This document shows positions 31,665 to 44,564 of a stretch of 64,000 bases of DNA, piece by piece (position 1 is the stretch's first letter; the number at the start of each line of letters is the position of its first letter). The stretch comes from Paramoeba atlantica (taxonomy: Eukaryota; Protista; Discosea): NCBI GenBank assembly GCA_977017575.1, contig CDRNVI010000039.1:62001-126000 (forward strand), in the 5' to 3' direction. The position numbers were made by a program, and so were the translations under genes. The notes below the pieces were generated by a model. It was not told the origin of the DNA. It did no database searches and saw only the letters and a list, made by a program, of their open reading frames with translations.

Positions 31665-31746
31665 GTCCTTTGAGTAGTCCAGTTGGTAAAGGGGTTCCAT
31701 TTTGACGCTGGATGTCCGCGGTTCGATTCCCGGCATCGACATTTTT
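31665..31746 (+). pseudogene. Degenerate tRNA-like sequence with A box, B box and T-run
   Basis: tagtccagttggt (A box), ggttcgattcc (B box), ttttt after 31741; acceptor and T stems mispair. Confidence 0.55.
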
Positions 31747-31914
31747 GAACAAAAAAAAATTATATGCTCAAAATCGCGAAAAAAACAAATTCGGAACGAT
31801 TTTTTTTTTCAGATTTTTTTTTCTTGAAAAACGTGGCCAGCTGGGCCACCAAAAACACGGTTTGCATTTTGTATATATATAGAGAGAAAAATAATGTGTA
31901 GGTCCGAGTGGTAC

Positions 31915-33180
31915 AGTGTGTAGCTACAGTGGCCCTTGAGAGAGTGAGAGCAGTGCCACGTGAGGCAGTGATTGCACAGTGATGCAGTGCAGCTGCAGTG
32001 GCACGTGCCAGAGTAAGTGCACTGCCATGTGAGGCAGTGACTGCAGTGATGCAGTGTAGCTACAGTGGCACGTGCCAGAATAAGTGCACTGCCATGTGAG
32101 GCAGTGACTGCAGTGATGCAGTGTAGCTGCAGTGGCACGTGAGAGAGTAAGTGCACTGCCATGTGAGGCAGTGACTGCAGTGATGCAGTGTAGCTGCAGT
32201 GGCACGTGAGAGAGTAAGAGTAGTGCCACGTGAGGCAGTGACTGCAGTGATGCAGCGCAGCTGCAGCGGCACGTGCGAGAGTAAGATTACTGCCACGTGA
32301 GGCAGTGAATGCAGTGTAGATACAGTGGAATGTGAGAGAGTCAGTGACTGCAGTGTAGCTACAGTGGCACGTGAGAGAGTAAGAATACTGCCACGTGAGG
32401 CAGTGACTGCAGTGATGCAGTGCAGCTGCAGTAACACGTGAGAGAGTGAGAGTACTGCCACGTGAGGCAGTGACTGCAGTGTAGCTGCAGTAGCACGTGA
32501 GAGAGTGAGAGCAGTGCCCCGTGAGGCAGTGATGCAGTGTAGCTGCAGTGGCACGTGCGAGAGTAAGAGTAGTTCCACGTGAGGCAGTGACTGCAGTGTA
32601 GCTGCAGTAGCACGTGAGAGAGTGAGAGTACTGCCACGTGAGGCAGTGATCGCAGTGCAGCTGTATTGGCACGTGCGAGAGTAAGAGTAGTGTCACGTGA
32701 GGCAGTGATGCAGTGTAGCTGCAGTAGCACGTGAGAGAGTGAGAGTACTGCCACGTGAGGCAGTGAATGCAGTGTAGATACAGTGGAATGTGACAGAGTC
32801 AGTGACTGCAGTGTAGCTACAGTGGCACGTGAGAGAGTAAGATTACTGCCACGTGAGGCAGTGACTGCAGTGATGCAGTGCAGCTGCAGTAGCACGTGAG
32901 AGAGTGAGAGTACTGCCACGTGAGGCAATGACTGCAGTGTAGCTGCAGTAGCACGTGAGAGAGTGAGAGCAGTGCCCCGTGAGGCAGTGATGCAGTGTAG
33001 CTGCAGTGGCACGTGCGAGAGTAAGAGTAGTGTCACGTGAGGCAGTGACTGCAGTGATGCAGTGCAGCTGCAGTAGCACGTGAGAGAGTGAGAGTACTGC
33101 CACGTAAGGTAGTGACTGCATCGGCACTGTACCTACAGTGACACGTGAGAGAGTCAGAGCACTGCCAGGTGGGGCAGTGG
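31915..33180. repeat. CACGTG/CTGCAG-rich minisatellite, 60-67-bp units with a roughly 458-bp higher-order repeat
   Basis: ggcacgt at 32134 and 32201 (67 bp apart); variant block cagtgaatgcagtgtagatacag at 32303 and 32761. Confidence 0.93.
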
Positions 33181-33227
33181 CTCACGTTGAGTGAGTCCAC
33201 TGAGTGAGTCCCACGGGGGTGGGAGAG

Positions 33228-33308
33228 TGTTGTGGAAGGGTGGCCAGCTGGCCATGTTGTGGAAGGGTGGCCAGCTGGCCATGTTGTGGAAGGGTGGCCA
33301 GCTGGCCA
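33228..33308. repeat. 27-bp tandem repeat x3 containing the palindrome tggccagctggcca
   Basis: tgttgtggaagggtggccagctggcca read three times. Confidence 0.95.
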
Positions 33309-34056
33309 CCCTAAACACGGTTTGTGCTTCGTCGAAAAGTGGCCAGCTGGCCACCAAAAACACGGTTTGCATTTTGTATATATGTAGAGAAAAACGAGCA
33401 GGGTCATACTATTCTCAGAGAGAGGGTGGGACAGGAGAGACACAGAGCGAGGATGTGTAGAAAAAGAAGGGCGTGGAAAGGTGGGCGGTAGAAATAAAGG
33501 AAAGAGAAAGAGAATCACTCCGGCCAGGGGCACTGCTAGCATACTTTGAAAGCTTTGGTTGATGATTTAGGCTAGTAGTGTTGGGGCTTAGCGCACCCCG
33601 CCGCCCGAGCTAAGACACTTCACCATAGTGGTACAAGTAGGAAATTGAATCATTACTGTGTTAGTAATGAAAAAGCCATTTTTGGAGGAAGACTGCCATG
33701 AAAGGAATTTGAAATTTTGTATGGTTTGACAATGTATGAAAAGTGAAGTTGGCGTTTACGAGGTTGAAGTGTGTTCAGGTACAGTAATAGAGCGGCATTT
33801 CGTGCTAGAGTAATTTCAAACCCTTTTTTTATTCCTCTAGTATGCCGAAAAAGAGACATACCCACCTGTCGTCTCACGAGAGTCAAAAAGTACGTTGCAA
33901 TATTTGCGGATGCTTTAGTTTGCACCGCCTCGAAGGGCCCGCCGGGCGGGCCCTTCAAAAAAAAGATTTCAGAAGCTTGTTTCCTTCAAGATTACTTGTC
34001 ACGAGGTAAAGCACCACCCGCGCCAGCGGGTCTGCACCGCCTCGAACGGCCCGCCG

Positions 34057-34265
34057 TATAACCCAGATTGAAAGTGGCGAGGGAGATACGAAGCAACAGG
34101 CGTGGCAGATTCCCACTGAAAAGAAATGGTATCTCCCGCACGAAGTTTGTCTCCGGGCTAGAAAGCGCAAAGGCTTTTCTCGTGCGGGGAGACCATTTCT
34201 TTTCAGTGGGAATCTGCCACGCCTGTTGCTTCGTATCTCCCTCGCCCCTTTCAATCTGGGTTATA
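34057..34265. repeat. Foldback: arms of about 86 bp with a 36-nt spacer
   Basis: tataacccagattg...cccgcacga / tcgtgcggg...caatctgggttata. Confidence 0.92.
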
Positions 34266-36190
34266 TTGCGGTGGTTGTAAAACTACCGCTCTACACTCGA
34301 TTATTGAAAAAAAAGTGAACAAAAACAGTGAAAATATAAAGAGGAACACAGTAATATAATAGAAGAAAAAAATATAAAAGGGGGCTCCGGTGGACCAAAA
34401 CTGAAAAAAAAATTTGAAAAAATTGGGGGGTCCATGGGGGGGGTCCAGGGGGGGGGTCCAGGGGGGGAGGGCATGGTCGAGCAAATTTTTTCGAAAAAAT
34501 TAGTTTTCGAAAAAAAACCGCAGAAAGGGTAGCCGGGGTCTTGGCGCGCATTTTCCACCCCCCTACCCCGGGGTGACCCCCCCGCGTATCCGCAGGACGG
34601 GTCCGCCAAGTTCGGATTTTTTCGGAAAAAAAATTTTGAAAAAAAATTCAACTTGGCGAAAAAAATGACAAAAAAAATATTTTTCAAAAATCGTTTCCCC
34701 TATTGTATTTCGATAGTTTGGGACCTACACTAGCTTTCTCCGCAGTTGTTTTCGCAAGGTATCCCTTCTTCGAACCGTGGTGCGCCCCTCAAAATGACCC
34801 AATTTTGACTAAAAAAGGTGAAAAAGTATTTTTCGGACCTAAAGGGGCATTTTTGTGTCGAACGAATGGTATGGTTGGAGTCGTATTCTCTACCCAATAC
34901 GTTCGGTAGGCTTTCATTCATGCCTGCGAGTGATTTCCCACGCGCAAATGTCGGATTTAGTGCTCTGAGAGCAAAAATATGCGAAAATGACCCCATTTGT
35001 ACCCGAAATTCGGCTATTTTTGGCTATAATCTTTCCGTTTTCCAGGCTAAATTTTCTTTTTTAGGCTCTTCGTTAAACGCGGCGGTAGTTTTCAACGCGA
35101 AGATCGCAGCATGAGTGACTTCTAAGTTGAAAGCAACCACCGCGTTTAACGAAGAGCCTAAAAAAGAAATTACTGTGTTCCCCTTTATATTTTCACTGTT
35201 TTTGTTCACTTGTTTTTCAATAATCGAGGGTAGAGCGGTAGTTTTACAACCACCACAATTAACCTACGGTAGCGAGGGAGTAATATCTCCCTCAATAGAA
35301 GAAAAATATATAAAAAGGGGCTCCAGTGGTCCAAAACTGACAAAAAATTTTGAAAAAGATGGGGGGTCCATGAGGGGATCATGGTCGAGCAATTTTGTTT
35401 CGAAACAAAACCGCATAAAGGGTAGCCGGGGTGTTGGCGCGCATTTTCCAGCCCCCTACCCGGGGGTGACCCCCCTGCGTATCCGCAGGATGGGTCCGCC
35501 GAGTTCGAATTTTTTCGAATTTTTTTTTTGAAAAAGAGTTCAACTTGGCGAAAAAAATGGCAAAAAAGATATTCATAATCATTGGGATTGCCTGCATTGG
35601 TTAAATCAGACATCTTTTTCGAGCAAATTTTGTCGAAAAAATTAGTTTTCGAACAAAACCGCAGAAAGGGTAGCCGGGGTCTTGGCGCGCATTTTCCACA
35701 CCCCCACCCGGGGGTGACACCCCCGCGTATCCGCAGGATGAGTCCGCCGAGTTCGAACATTTTCGGAAAAAAAAATTGAAAAAAAATTCAACTTGGCGAA
35801 AAAAATGGCAAAAAAAATATTTTTCAAAAATCGTTTCCCCTATTGTATTTTGATAGTTTGGGACCTATACTAGCTTTCTCGGTAGTTGTTTTCGCAAGGT
35901 ATCCCTTCTTCGAACCGTGGTGCGCCCCTCAAAATGACGCAGTTTTGACCAAAAAAGGTGAAAAAGTATTTTTCGGACCTAAAGGGGCATTTTTGTGTCG
36001 AAAGAATGGTATGGTTGGAGTCGCATTCTCTACCCAATACGTTCGGTAGGCTTCCATTCATGCCTACGAGTGATTTCCCACGCGCAAATGTCGGATTTAG
36101 TGCTCTGAGAGCAAAAATATCCAAAAATGACCCCTTTTTTACCCGATATTCGGCTATTTTTGGCTATAATCTTTCCGTTTTCCAGGCTAA
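34266..36190. repeat. Repeat family A, two tandem copies of about 900 bp
   Basis: Colinear with 41545-42612, 52025-52923 and 62338-63483; the first copy ends in the palindrome with arms of about 38 bp. Confidence 0.88.
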
Positions 36191-36240
36191 TGTTTTTTTT
36201 TTGGATGGCTATGTAATCTTTTTTTCGGATGGCTATGTAA

Positions 36241-37850
36241 TCCAGGCTAAAGTCGACGAGGGAGATACTAAAGGCACCTTCGGAAAACCACCTCGCGTTG
36301 GTATTTAACGGTATCACCCGTTAGAGACCGTTTTACCACATCAGAATGCTCTACAAACCGGGAGATACCGTTCCAGTTTCGAGGTGGTTTTCCAAAGGTG
36401 CCTCTAGTATCTCCCTCGTCCACTTTAGCCTGGCTTCCGAACATGATACCTATGGCGATTTACTGTTTCCCACGCGAGGAAGTCGTCGTCGCAAAAGGCA
36501 GAACGCACTCAATTGGATTCATATGTCTGCCTTTTTGCCTTGCGCCTCCTCCTTCCTCTACGGCCTTGCGTGTCACACACTTCCGGGTACATTTTGGACT
36601 ATGTAGGTGTATTACCGGAACAGGGTGGAGAAATATCGAATGAAACCAAAGCGTATACACGTATATCAGGCCCCAAACTTTCAAAAAACGGTCTAGGAGT
36701 TGATTTGGGAAAAACGCATTTTTAGACTTTCACCCATAATTTTTCAGTTTTTTGTTTTTCAGTTTCTTTTCAAAATTTCAAAATTTGCTATGATCACCCT
36801 GGTGGGGAGGTGGGGGGGGTCAGGGGGTACCCATCGGAATTGTTGAAAAACTAGTAATCTTGTCATTAAATTCGATTCATACGTCTTTGTAAACATTTTT
36901 TTCGAAAACTCACCTGAAACGATATCGGGCACGAAATCGGGCCACAAATCGGGCACGAAATCGGGCCACAAATCGGGCACGAAATCGGGCCACAAATCGG
37001 GCACGGCGAATTAACCTACGGTAGCGAGGGAGTAGTATCTCCCTCAATAAGATAAGACTATGGACGAATCCACATTACGTCTCCGAATCCAGGCTAAAGT
37101 GGACGAGGGAGATATTAAAGGCACCCTGGAAAACCCCCTCGAAACTGGAACGGTATCACCCGTTAAAGACCCCTTTGCCACATCAGAATGACCTACAAAC
37201 CGGGAGATACCGTTCCAGTTTCGAGGGAGTTTTCCAGGGTGCCTTTAGTATCTCCCTCGTCCACTTTAGCCTGGATTACATAGCCATCCGAAAATGCTCC
37301 CTATGGCGCTTTAGTGTTTCCCACGCGCCTCCTCCTTCCTCATCGGGCTTGCGTGTCACACACTTCCGGGTAAATTTTGGACTATGTAGGTGTATTATCG
37401 GAACAAGGTGGAGAAATATCGAATGAAATCAAAGAGTATACAGGTATAGAAGGCCCCAAACTTTCAAAAAACGGTCTAGGAGTTGATTTGGGAAAAATGT
37501 ATTTTTAGACCCATAATTTTTCACCCATAATTTTTCAGTTTTTTTTTCTCAGTTTCTTTTCAAAATTTCAAAAATTGCTATGATCACCCTGGTGGGGAGG
37601 GGGGGGGCGCAGGGGATACCCATCGGAATTGTTGAAAAACTAGTGATCTTGTCACTCAATTCGATTCATACGTCTGCCTTTTTTCCTTGCGCCTCCTCCT
37701 TCCTCATCGGCCTTGCGTGTCACACACTTCCGGGTACATTTTGGACTATGTAGGTGTATTATCGGAACAAGGTGGAGAAATATCGAATGAAATCAAAGAG
37801 TATACAGGTATAGAAGGCTCCAAACTCTCAAAAAACGGTCTAGGAGTTTT
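36241..37850 (+). mobile_element. Repeat family C (Helitron-like non-autonomous), two adjacent copies
   Basis: Each starts TCCAGGCTAAAG with a foldback of about 78-bp arms; the first ends in aaatcgggcac repeats and the gagggag-tagtat-ctccctc hairpin plus AA (37047). Confidence 0.6.
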
Positions 37851-37870
37851 TTGCGGAGGACTACATATCA

Positions 37871-38300
37871 TTCCTGATGCAACTGGAACAGAAAGAAAGT
37901 TTACTCAATGAGTATACCGACACGGACAACATCTTTCTCGGAGCATTTCCGACGCTGTGATGCAAAAGTACCCTTTAAGGGTTCTACATTTGAACCATAT
38001 GAAATCAAGGCAATTCTAGAGCACTCGGATTCCCGATTTGCATAGAATGCTGGATTTACTGCTCCAAATCCAAATCTCCAACAAAGAACATGTTGATGCC
38101 TCCATAGTGAAGCTGCTCATTGCCTTTGATTTGCTGCAGCCTAGTGTTGATACAGGCAAGGAAACACTTGCTGATCATTGACACTTCGTCGACTATAATT
38201 AATCGACATTTCTGATACCTTTGTTGGTATGGTAGAAGGCTACTGCTTGAAAGATGTTTCAAATTTCTTGAAGTAGCCCCTATAGGTATGCAGAGGGAAG
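37871..38300. pseudogene. Helitron-like fragments: Rep-associated motif (+) and PIF1 helicase Walker B region (-)
   Basis: LLNEY...FLGAFPTL at 37871-37960 (+); CRLIIVDEVSMIS...LQQIKGNEQLHYGGINMFFVGDL at about 38070-38250 (-). Confidence 0.75.
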
Positions 38301-39123
38301 CGTGTATTGCGCAACAGTGCAGTACTGATGCGGCGATCCCAAGGAATGCAATATACCGGTCGAGCAGAAAATTTGGTCCACTTTTATTTGGCCCCAACAA
38401 ATTTGGTCCACATAAATTTTAGTCCGACTTTATTTTTCCTTCCGCAGCGGTCCAAAATACTTTTTGACTTTATTGTCAGTCGTTTTCAAAGTTTACTAAA
38501 TTTAGAACTCGTCATTAGAAATTTTCGCTTCTTTCGATCGACACTTCTTTTTTTAGTCTTCGTGTAATGTCTCAGTCTGTTGAATGGGTGCAGAAAATCT
38601 TTGATCAAGATATTTACTCTACGCACGTAGGGTCATCACTATAACACATATAGTGAGGCTGAAGTTAGAGCAATTTGAGAATTGTGTGTGACACGAAAGG
38701 TTGCAAGTATTGTAAGCTACTAATAAGCTGCTAATATTGTAGCTACTAATAAGCTACTAATAACACACAAAGCAAAAACAATCTAAAAGTACGGTCCTTC
38801 ATTTTCTGGAAAACGAAAAATCTAATAACGATATCAAACCTCGAGGGAGGCCAGGAAAATATGTCTTTTTTGTTTCAATGCACGAAAAATTTGGCACCAA
38901 AAATTGTGGTCCACATAAATATTGGTCCGACTTTTTTTGCGAGCTCGAAGGACCAAAATAAAAAAATGTCAAATTTTTTGCTCGACCGGTGATAATTGGC
39001 TCCCAAGTTCTTGCATTATAAACCGGGAAATTAGATTTTTCCCGGTTCCGGGGCCACCGAGCAGAAACACACATTTCCGCTCGGGGTCTAGTTTCCCCGA
39101 GGGGAGTCTAGTTTCCACTAGGA

Positions 39124-39505
39124 GGGGAGGTGGCGGAGTGGCAAGAGCTCAAAGTTTGAAGCACATGGTGCTCAGACGGCGAGTTCAAACCCGCTCATCG
39201 CAATATTCCCGGCGGCCTCACTATAAGAGGCTGGGCTGATAACCGACTAGGCCCAGTACTCGGAGGACCGTCCCGGACCCTCCCCTCAGCGAACCAGCTC
39301 CCTTACCCGGCTTATACCTCTTGAGTAAGCCGTGTTGACGGACAGTTCGTCGACGCAGCGTGTTGGCAACAGCACGTTGGTGCCGCCTCGGAAAAGCGGA
39401 AACTGGTAGAGGACGTCGGCCTCGGAACTTCCAAATCTGTCTGTGAAGGGTCTGGCTTGCCAGTGACCATCCGGAGCAATCCGGAATGATTTGGATTTCT
39501 TTTTT
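39124..39505 (+). mobile_element. tRNA-derived SINE-like element, copy 1
   Basis: A box tggcggagtgg (39131-41), B-box-like gagttcaaacc (39181-91), about 290-nt body, T-rich end. Confidence 0.75.
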
Positions 39506-39509
39506 GTGT

Positions 39510-39937
39510 CAGACGATTTGTCATACGACACTATTGATGGTGTTCGTTATCTACGAAAAGCCCCTTCTTTTATGCAATGCAATGAGAAGGGGTCAGGTGT
39601 AGAATTTTACTCCAAAAAGGAGCAGCACCATGATAAGGCTTCCCAAGGAAACTTTCAAGTGGAATTGGGATTTGCCTATACGTATCACAAAGTACAAGGT
39701 ATCACCGTGAAGAACGGTGTTATTCTTGACTTGAATGATAAGGCGTGGCCAAAGAGACCGGAACTCGCCAAGCTCACAGTAGCAAAATCCAGGGCACAAT
39801 GCCTCGATGATATTCGAGTGCTCCCTGGCATGGGCACAGATCGCCCAGGAACACACCTGACTTCAGGTTATCATAGGCCTAAATTTCCGGCCATGGAAAA
39901 AGCAAATCGGCTTACCGATTTGACTTATCAATTCTAA
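39510..39937 (+). pseudogene. PIF1-like helicase C-terminal fragment (Helitron-type)
   Basis: VELGFAYTYHKVQGITV...VILDL...LTVAKSRA (helicase motifs V and VI). Confidence 0.8.
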
Positions 39938-40129
39938 GAAATTAGAATGAAACGATCTTCTTAGGAAGACCTCTCTAGGGGGAAGCACGCTTGATACCGG
40001 CCACAAGCAAGTGCAGAAGAAGTGAGAGTGACCCCAACGCTCAAGCGCCCTCTACCAAAAAAAAGAGTTCTCCATCATAGCTGCAGAATTATGCTTCGTC
40101 AAAATTGCTTTCGAATTATTTTTATCGAA

Positions 40130-40430
40130 ATTTCAGAAGCTTGTTTCCTTCAAAAGCACCCCCGCGCCAGCGGGTCTTCTCCCGCCGGGCGGGCCCTTCA
40201 AAAAAAAGATATAGATGCTTGGTCCCTTCAAAATTATATGCCACGAAGTAAAGCACCCCCCGCGCCAGCTGGTCTGCACCGTCTCGAAGGGCCCGCCGGG
40301 CGGGCCCTTCAAAAAAAAGATATCAGAAGCTTGTTTCCTTCAAAATTACATGTCACGAGGTAAAGCACCCCCCGCGGCAGCGAGTCTGCGCCCTCTCGAA
40401 GGCCCCTCCGGGCAGGCACTTCAAAAACAA
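40130..40430. repeat. About 115-bp tandem units with hairpin gaagggcccgcc-g-ggcgggcccttc plus A-run (also 33925-34056)
   Basis: Read directly. Confidence 0.8.
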
Positions 40431-40514
40431 GACTTCTACGTTCATGTATTGCTTTTTAAGTTGAATGTTTCTAGACTCATCTTGATTTCTTTGAAAACTT
40501 TCTTTGAATTTACT

Positions 40515-40860
40515 ATGGCCTCGGCGGAGAATCAATCAAAGGTAACGACATTTCCGACAAGGAAAGAGATACAAAGCGCAAAAGAGATGATTACTTAGAA
40601 TCTCTACACGTTTTGCGCTCTGCGAGCGAAGAGCGTGACGAGCGCTCAATCACAATAGAACACCTTCCCTCATCTACGGCTAAAGAAGACCTTACCAAGC
40701 ATTACCGCTTCGTATGGTGAAATCGATTGTATAACAATCGTATCAAAAAAGAGACTGGCGCACATGTGTTTTAGCACTACGGAAGAAGCGAAGCGCGCAT
40801 CGAGCGTTTACTTCAAAGGGAAAAAGAAGAGAAGCAGATACTTAAATTTCTGAATAAGTG
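40515..40860 (+). pseudogene. Frameshifted RRM-domain gene fragment
   Basis: Joining frames gives RDERSITIEHLPSSTAKEDLTKHY-ASYGEIDCITIVSKKRLAHMCFSTTEEAKRA (RNP2 and RNP1 spacing). Confidence 0.65.
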
Positions 40861-42685
40861 TGTAAGAAGACGTTTGGAAGTGAAAGTTGGTTTGAAATTT
40901 TGAAGTCATGATTCAACCCTCTGTAAGTATTTGTAACTTCGCATTTTCTAAACTCAAATAATACAATTGAAACTAAATTTGTTAAAAAAATGTTTACATT
41001 TACATAGCAGATCTACATTTGCAGTCATCACTTCTTCTATTTTTAGCCTGATCATTCAAGAAATATGCTTTTGATGACTCAATTAGTGCATACCCAACGT
41101 ACTGTCAGAAAAGCGTTCCCACATGGCATTAGCTGCACCCCTGGCGTAAACCAAATGAATCAAAACGAAGAAGTAACTACACGAGGTAAACCCCCCCCTT
41201 CAAAAGCCGGAGTGAATTCAAGGGCCTTTCAAAAAAAGAGGTCTCCACCCTGCTACGTTCAAAATCGTGCGAACCGAAGGAAAACACATGTGAGCGGAAA
41301 TATGCAAAAACAACCCTATTTTTGCCCAACTATCGGCCCTTTTTGGACCAAACCCAGAATTATCCCTCTGGTTTCTTTTACTCTCCTGTCAAATTTTTCT
41401 TTTCTAGGCGCTTCGTTAAACGCGGAGCTAGTTTTCAACGCGAAGAGCGCAGCATGAGTGACTTCTAAATTGAAATTTAGAAAATTTTAAATAGATTTTT
41501 TTTTTCTAAATTGAAAACAACCACCGCGTTTAACGAAGAGCCTAGAAAATTGCGGTGGTTGTATAACTACCGCTCTATCCTCGATTATTGAAAAAAAAGT
41601 GAACAAAAACAATGAAAATATAAAGAGGCACACAGTAATAAAAGAAAAAAATATAAAAGGGGGCTCCCGTGATCCAAAATTGAAAAAAAAATTGAAAAAA
41701 ATGGGGGGTCCATGGGGGGGATCCAGGGGGGGGATCCAGGGGGGGGTGTCATGGTCGAGCGAACTTTTTTTTTTTATACTCCAAATTTTCCACTGGCCCT
41801 TGAAGAATTCCCACGCCTGGCGATTCGTTAATGGATGTTTGTATAATAAAAATAAAAACAAAGCTCTTTTTTTTCACTACGCTGTAAATCATTGGGATTG
41901 CTTGCATTGGTTAAATCAGACTTCGTTTTCGAGCAAATTTTTTCGAAAAAATTAGTTTTCGAACAAAACCGCAGAAAGGGTAGCCGGGGTCTTGGCGCGC
42001 ATTTTCCACACCCCTACCCGGGGGTGCCCCCCCCGCGTATCCGCAGGATGAGTCCGCCGAGTTCGAACATTTTCGGAAAAAAAAATTTGAAAAAAAATTC
42101 AACTTGGCGAAAAAAATGGCAAAAAAAATATTTTTCAAAAATCGTTTCCCCTATTGTTAATTATAGTTTGGGATCTATACTAGGTTTCTCCGCAGGCGTT
42201 TTCGCAAGGTATCCCTTCTTAGAACCGTGGTGCGCCCCTCAAAATGACCCATTTTTGACCACAAAAGGTGAAAAAGTATTTTTCGGACCTAAAGGGGCAT
42301 TTTTGTGTCGAAAGAATGGTATGGTTGGAGTCGCATTATCTACCCAATACGTTCGGTAGGCTTCCATTCATACCTACGAGTGATTTACCACGCGCAAATG
42401 TCGGATTTAGTGCTCTGAGAGCAAAAATACCCAAAAATGACACCATTTTTACCCTAAAATCGGCTATTTTTGGCTATAATCTTTACGTTTTCCAGGCTAA
42501 TTTTTCTGTTTTAAGCTCTTCGTTAAACGCGGTGGTAGTTTTCAACGCGAAGAGCGCAGCATGAATGACTTCTAATTCGAAAACAACCACCGCGTTTAAC
42601 GAAGAGCCTAAAAAAGAAAATTATAACCGTAAGTGTATATAAGCGAGGAGGGGTTAACGAATGCTTCATAAATGAGGGCAACGCC

Positions 42686-42931
42686 GTGAAATGCACCATA
42701 TGCGATGCTGAAGTTCATTCAAGAAGACTATCCCGGCATTTAACTTCAAAAAGGCATGTGAAAACCACGTCACCCGACGCTCTTCAAACTTTAAACGAAA
42801 CTGAGAGAGACATTGTGGAAGAAAATGTTTCATGCAACGAAGAACTGAGAATGGCAAAGTTCCGAAGCATTCATTTAAGACAGGTTGGGATTTTGGACTT
42901 TCGCTTCCTCGCCTTGGTCTTCCAAACCTGA
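42686..42931 (+). pseudogene. C2H2 (matrin-like) zinc-finger fragment; second copy at 52997-53242
   Basis: CTICDAEVHSRRLSRHLTSKRH. Confidence 0.5.
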
Positions 42932-44564
42932 GCATTGTAGAGCGATCTGCCAATTCTTTTTTAGGCTCTTCGTTATACGCGGTGTTTGCTTTCAACTTAG
43001 AAGTCACTCATGATGCGCGCTTCGCGTTGAAACAACAGGAGAAACCGGAAGGATTGGAGCTAAAAATATCCGACTGTCAGGTAATAATGGGGTCAATTTT
43101 AGCTATTTTTGCTCTCAGAGCACTAAATCCGACATTTGCGCCTGAGAAATTACTCGTAGGCATGAATGAAAGCCTACCGAACGTATTGGGTGGAGAATAC
43201 AACTCCAATCACACCTTTCTTTCCACACTAAAAGGCCCCTTGGAGTCCGAAAAATACTTTTTCACCTTTTTTAGTCAAAAATGGGCCAATTTCGCTGGCA
43301 TACCACGTCTTGAAGAAGGGATATCTGGCGAAAACAACGGTGTAGATGGCTAGTATAGGTCCCTCCTCTGAAAGTGTTAACATATTAGAAAAAGCATCCT
43401 CCAAAAAAAAAAATCCTCCACCAACGACCACCAAAGCATCCTCCACAAACGACCCCGCAGCTGTAGCCACATCTTTGATAGCCCACGAAAGGAATCCTAT
43501 TTCAATTGAAGAAGCCGAAGCTGAAGAAGTTCTTTTGCTCGACAGGCACAATGTTGAAGATCTCGAGCATGAAATGGTAGAAAGCGTGTCGTGTCTTCTA
43601 GATAAAGGTAAAATAAGATCTCCTAACAAAGCCAATATTGAAATTCGCCCCGAGCGGTTGTTGTTGGTTCCGCAGGAAAAACGGCATCTCTACCTTTTCA
43701 GGCGCTTGCCTTCATGCCATAAGGGAGATACCATTTTTCCTGTGGAAACTGCCGCACCTACACTGTTGGTATCTCCCTCTTGCCCTTTACCCTGGGTTAC
43801 ATAGTAAAAACATGTTCCCTAGGACTCCTTACAGCTTTCCACGCGAGGAAGTCGTCGTCGCTGCGGCAAAAAGGCAGAAGGCTCCGACTTCTGATTTTTG
43901 CCTTGCGCCTCCTCCTTCCTCTACGGTCTTGCGTATCCCAAACTTCAAGTTGAAAAAAGCATGCGTGGCAAATCGGTCTTTGCAAATCGCTTCCGAAGGA
44001 GGTCTCGAGGCGTCCAAAAGGTGCGTTTTTCTTTCCTAAAACTATCTATTCATGGTGCTGCCTTTGGTTCTTTGCGAAAAAAGCATTTTCCGAAATTGTT
44101 TTTGTCGGGCCAAATTTCGGGCGAAATATCGGGCGAAATTTCGGGCCAAATTTTATTAATACTGGGTAGCGAGGGAGTAGTATCTCCCTCAATTCTGAAA
44201 ATGTACCTCCCGGGAGTCGAACCTGCGATCACAAGATCATGAAGGTCAGGTGTTACCCACTGGAATCCCTGGGTTCGAGTCCCATGACCCATTTAAGCAC
44301 CGTGATTTGTGCCCAAATCGAGGATAGGTCGGGGGGTAGACCCTTTTCTCACCCTGTTGGATCCGCCCTACCCCGGACAGCATAAAGAAGGGAGAGGCAG
44401 AGGTTGTAAACAACCACCGCAATAACACATTTTACTCGGAGGCGGCTATATCCCAAGAAAACATTAGACTACTGGCCTCTGAAAGTGTTAACATATTAGA
44501 AAAAGCATCATCCACCAACGACCCCGCAGCTGCAGCCACATCTTTGATATCCAAATCATCATTT

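Noticed and set aside
33228-33308. 27-bp repeat with a palindrome as a CRISPR
   Set aside because: Head-to-tail with no spacers and no cas genes; eukaryotic context.
31809-33542. Long Cys/His/Leu-rich minus-strand ORFs
   Set aside because: Translations of the minisatellite.
34251-37911. Numerous 60-180-aa ORFs in repeat families A and C (also at 41-44 kb, 49-54 kb and 59-63 kb)
   Set aside because: Copies differ by frameshifting homopolymer indels; no protein motifs.
40286-40320. GC hairpin plus A-run as an intrinsic terminator
   Set aside because: The U-tract would be on the wrong side of the hairpin and the context is eukaryotic; treated as a repeat unit.
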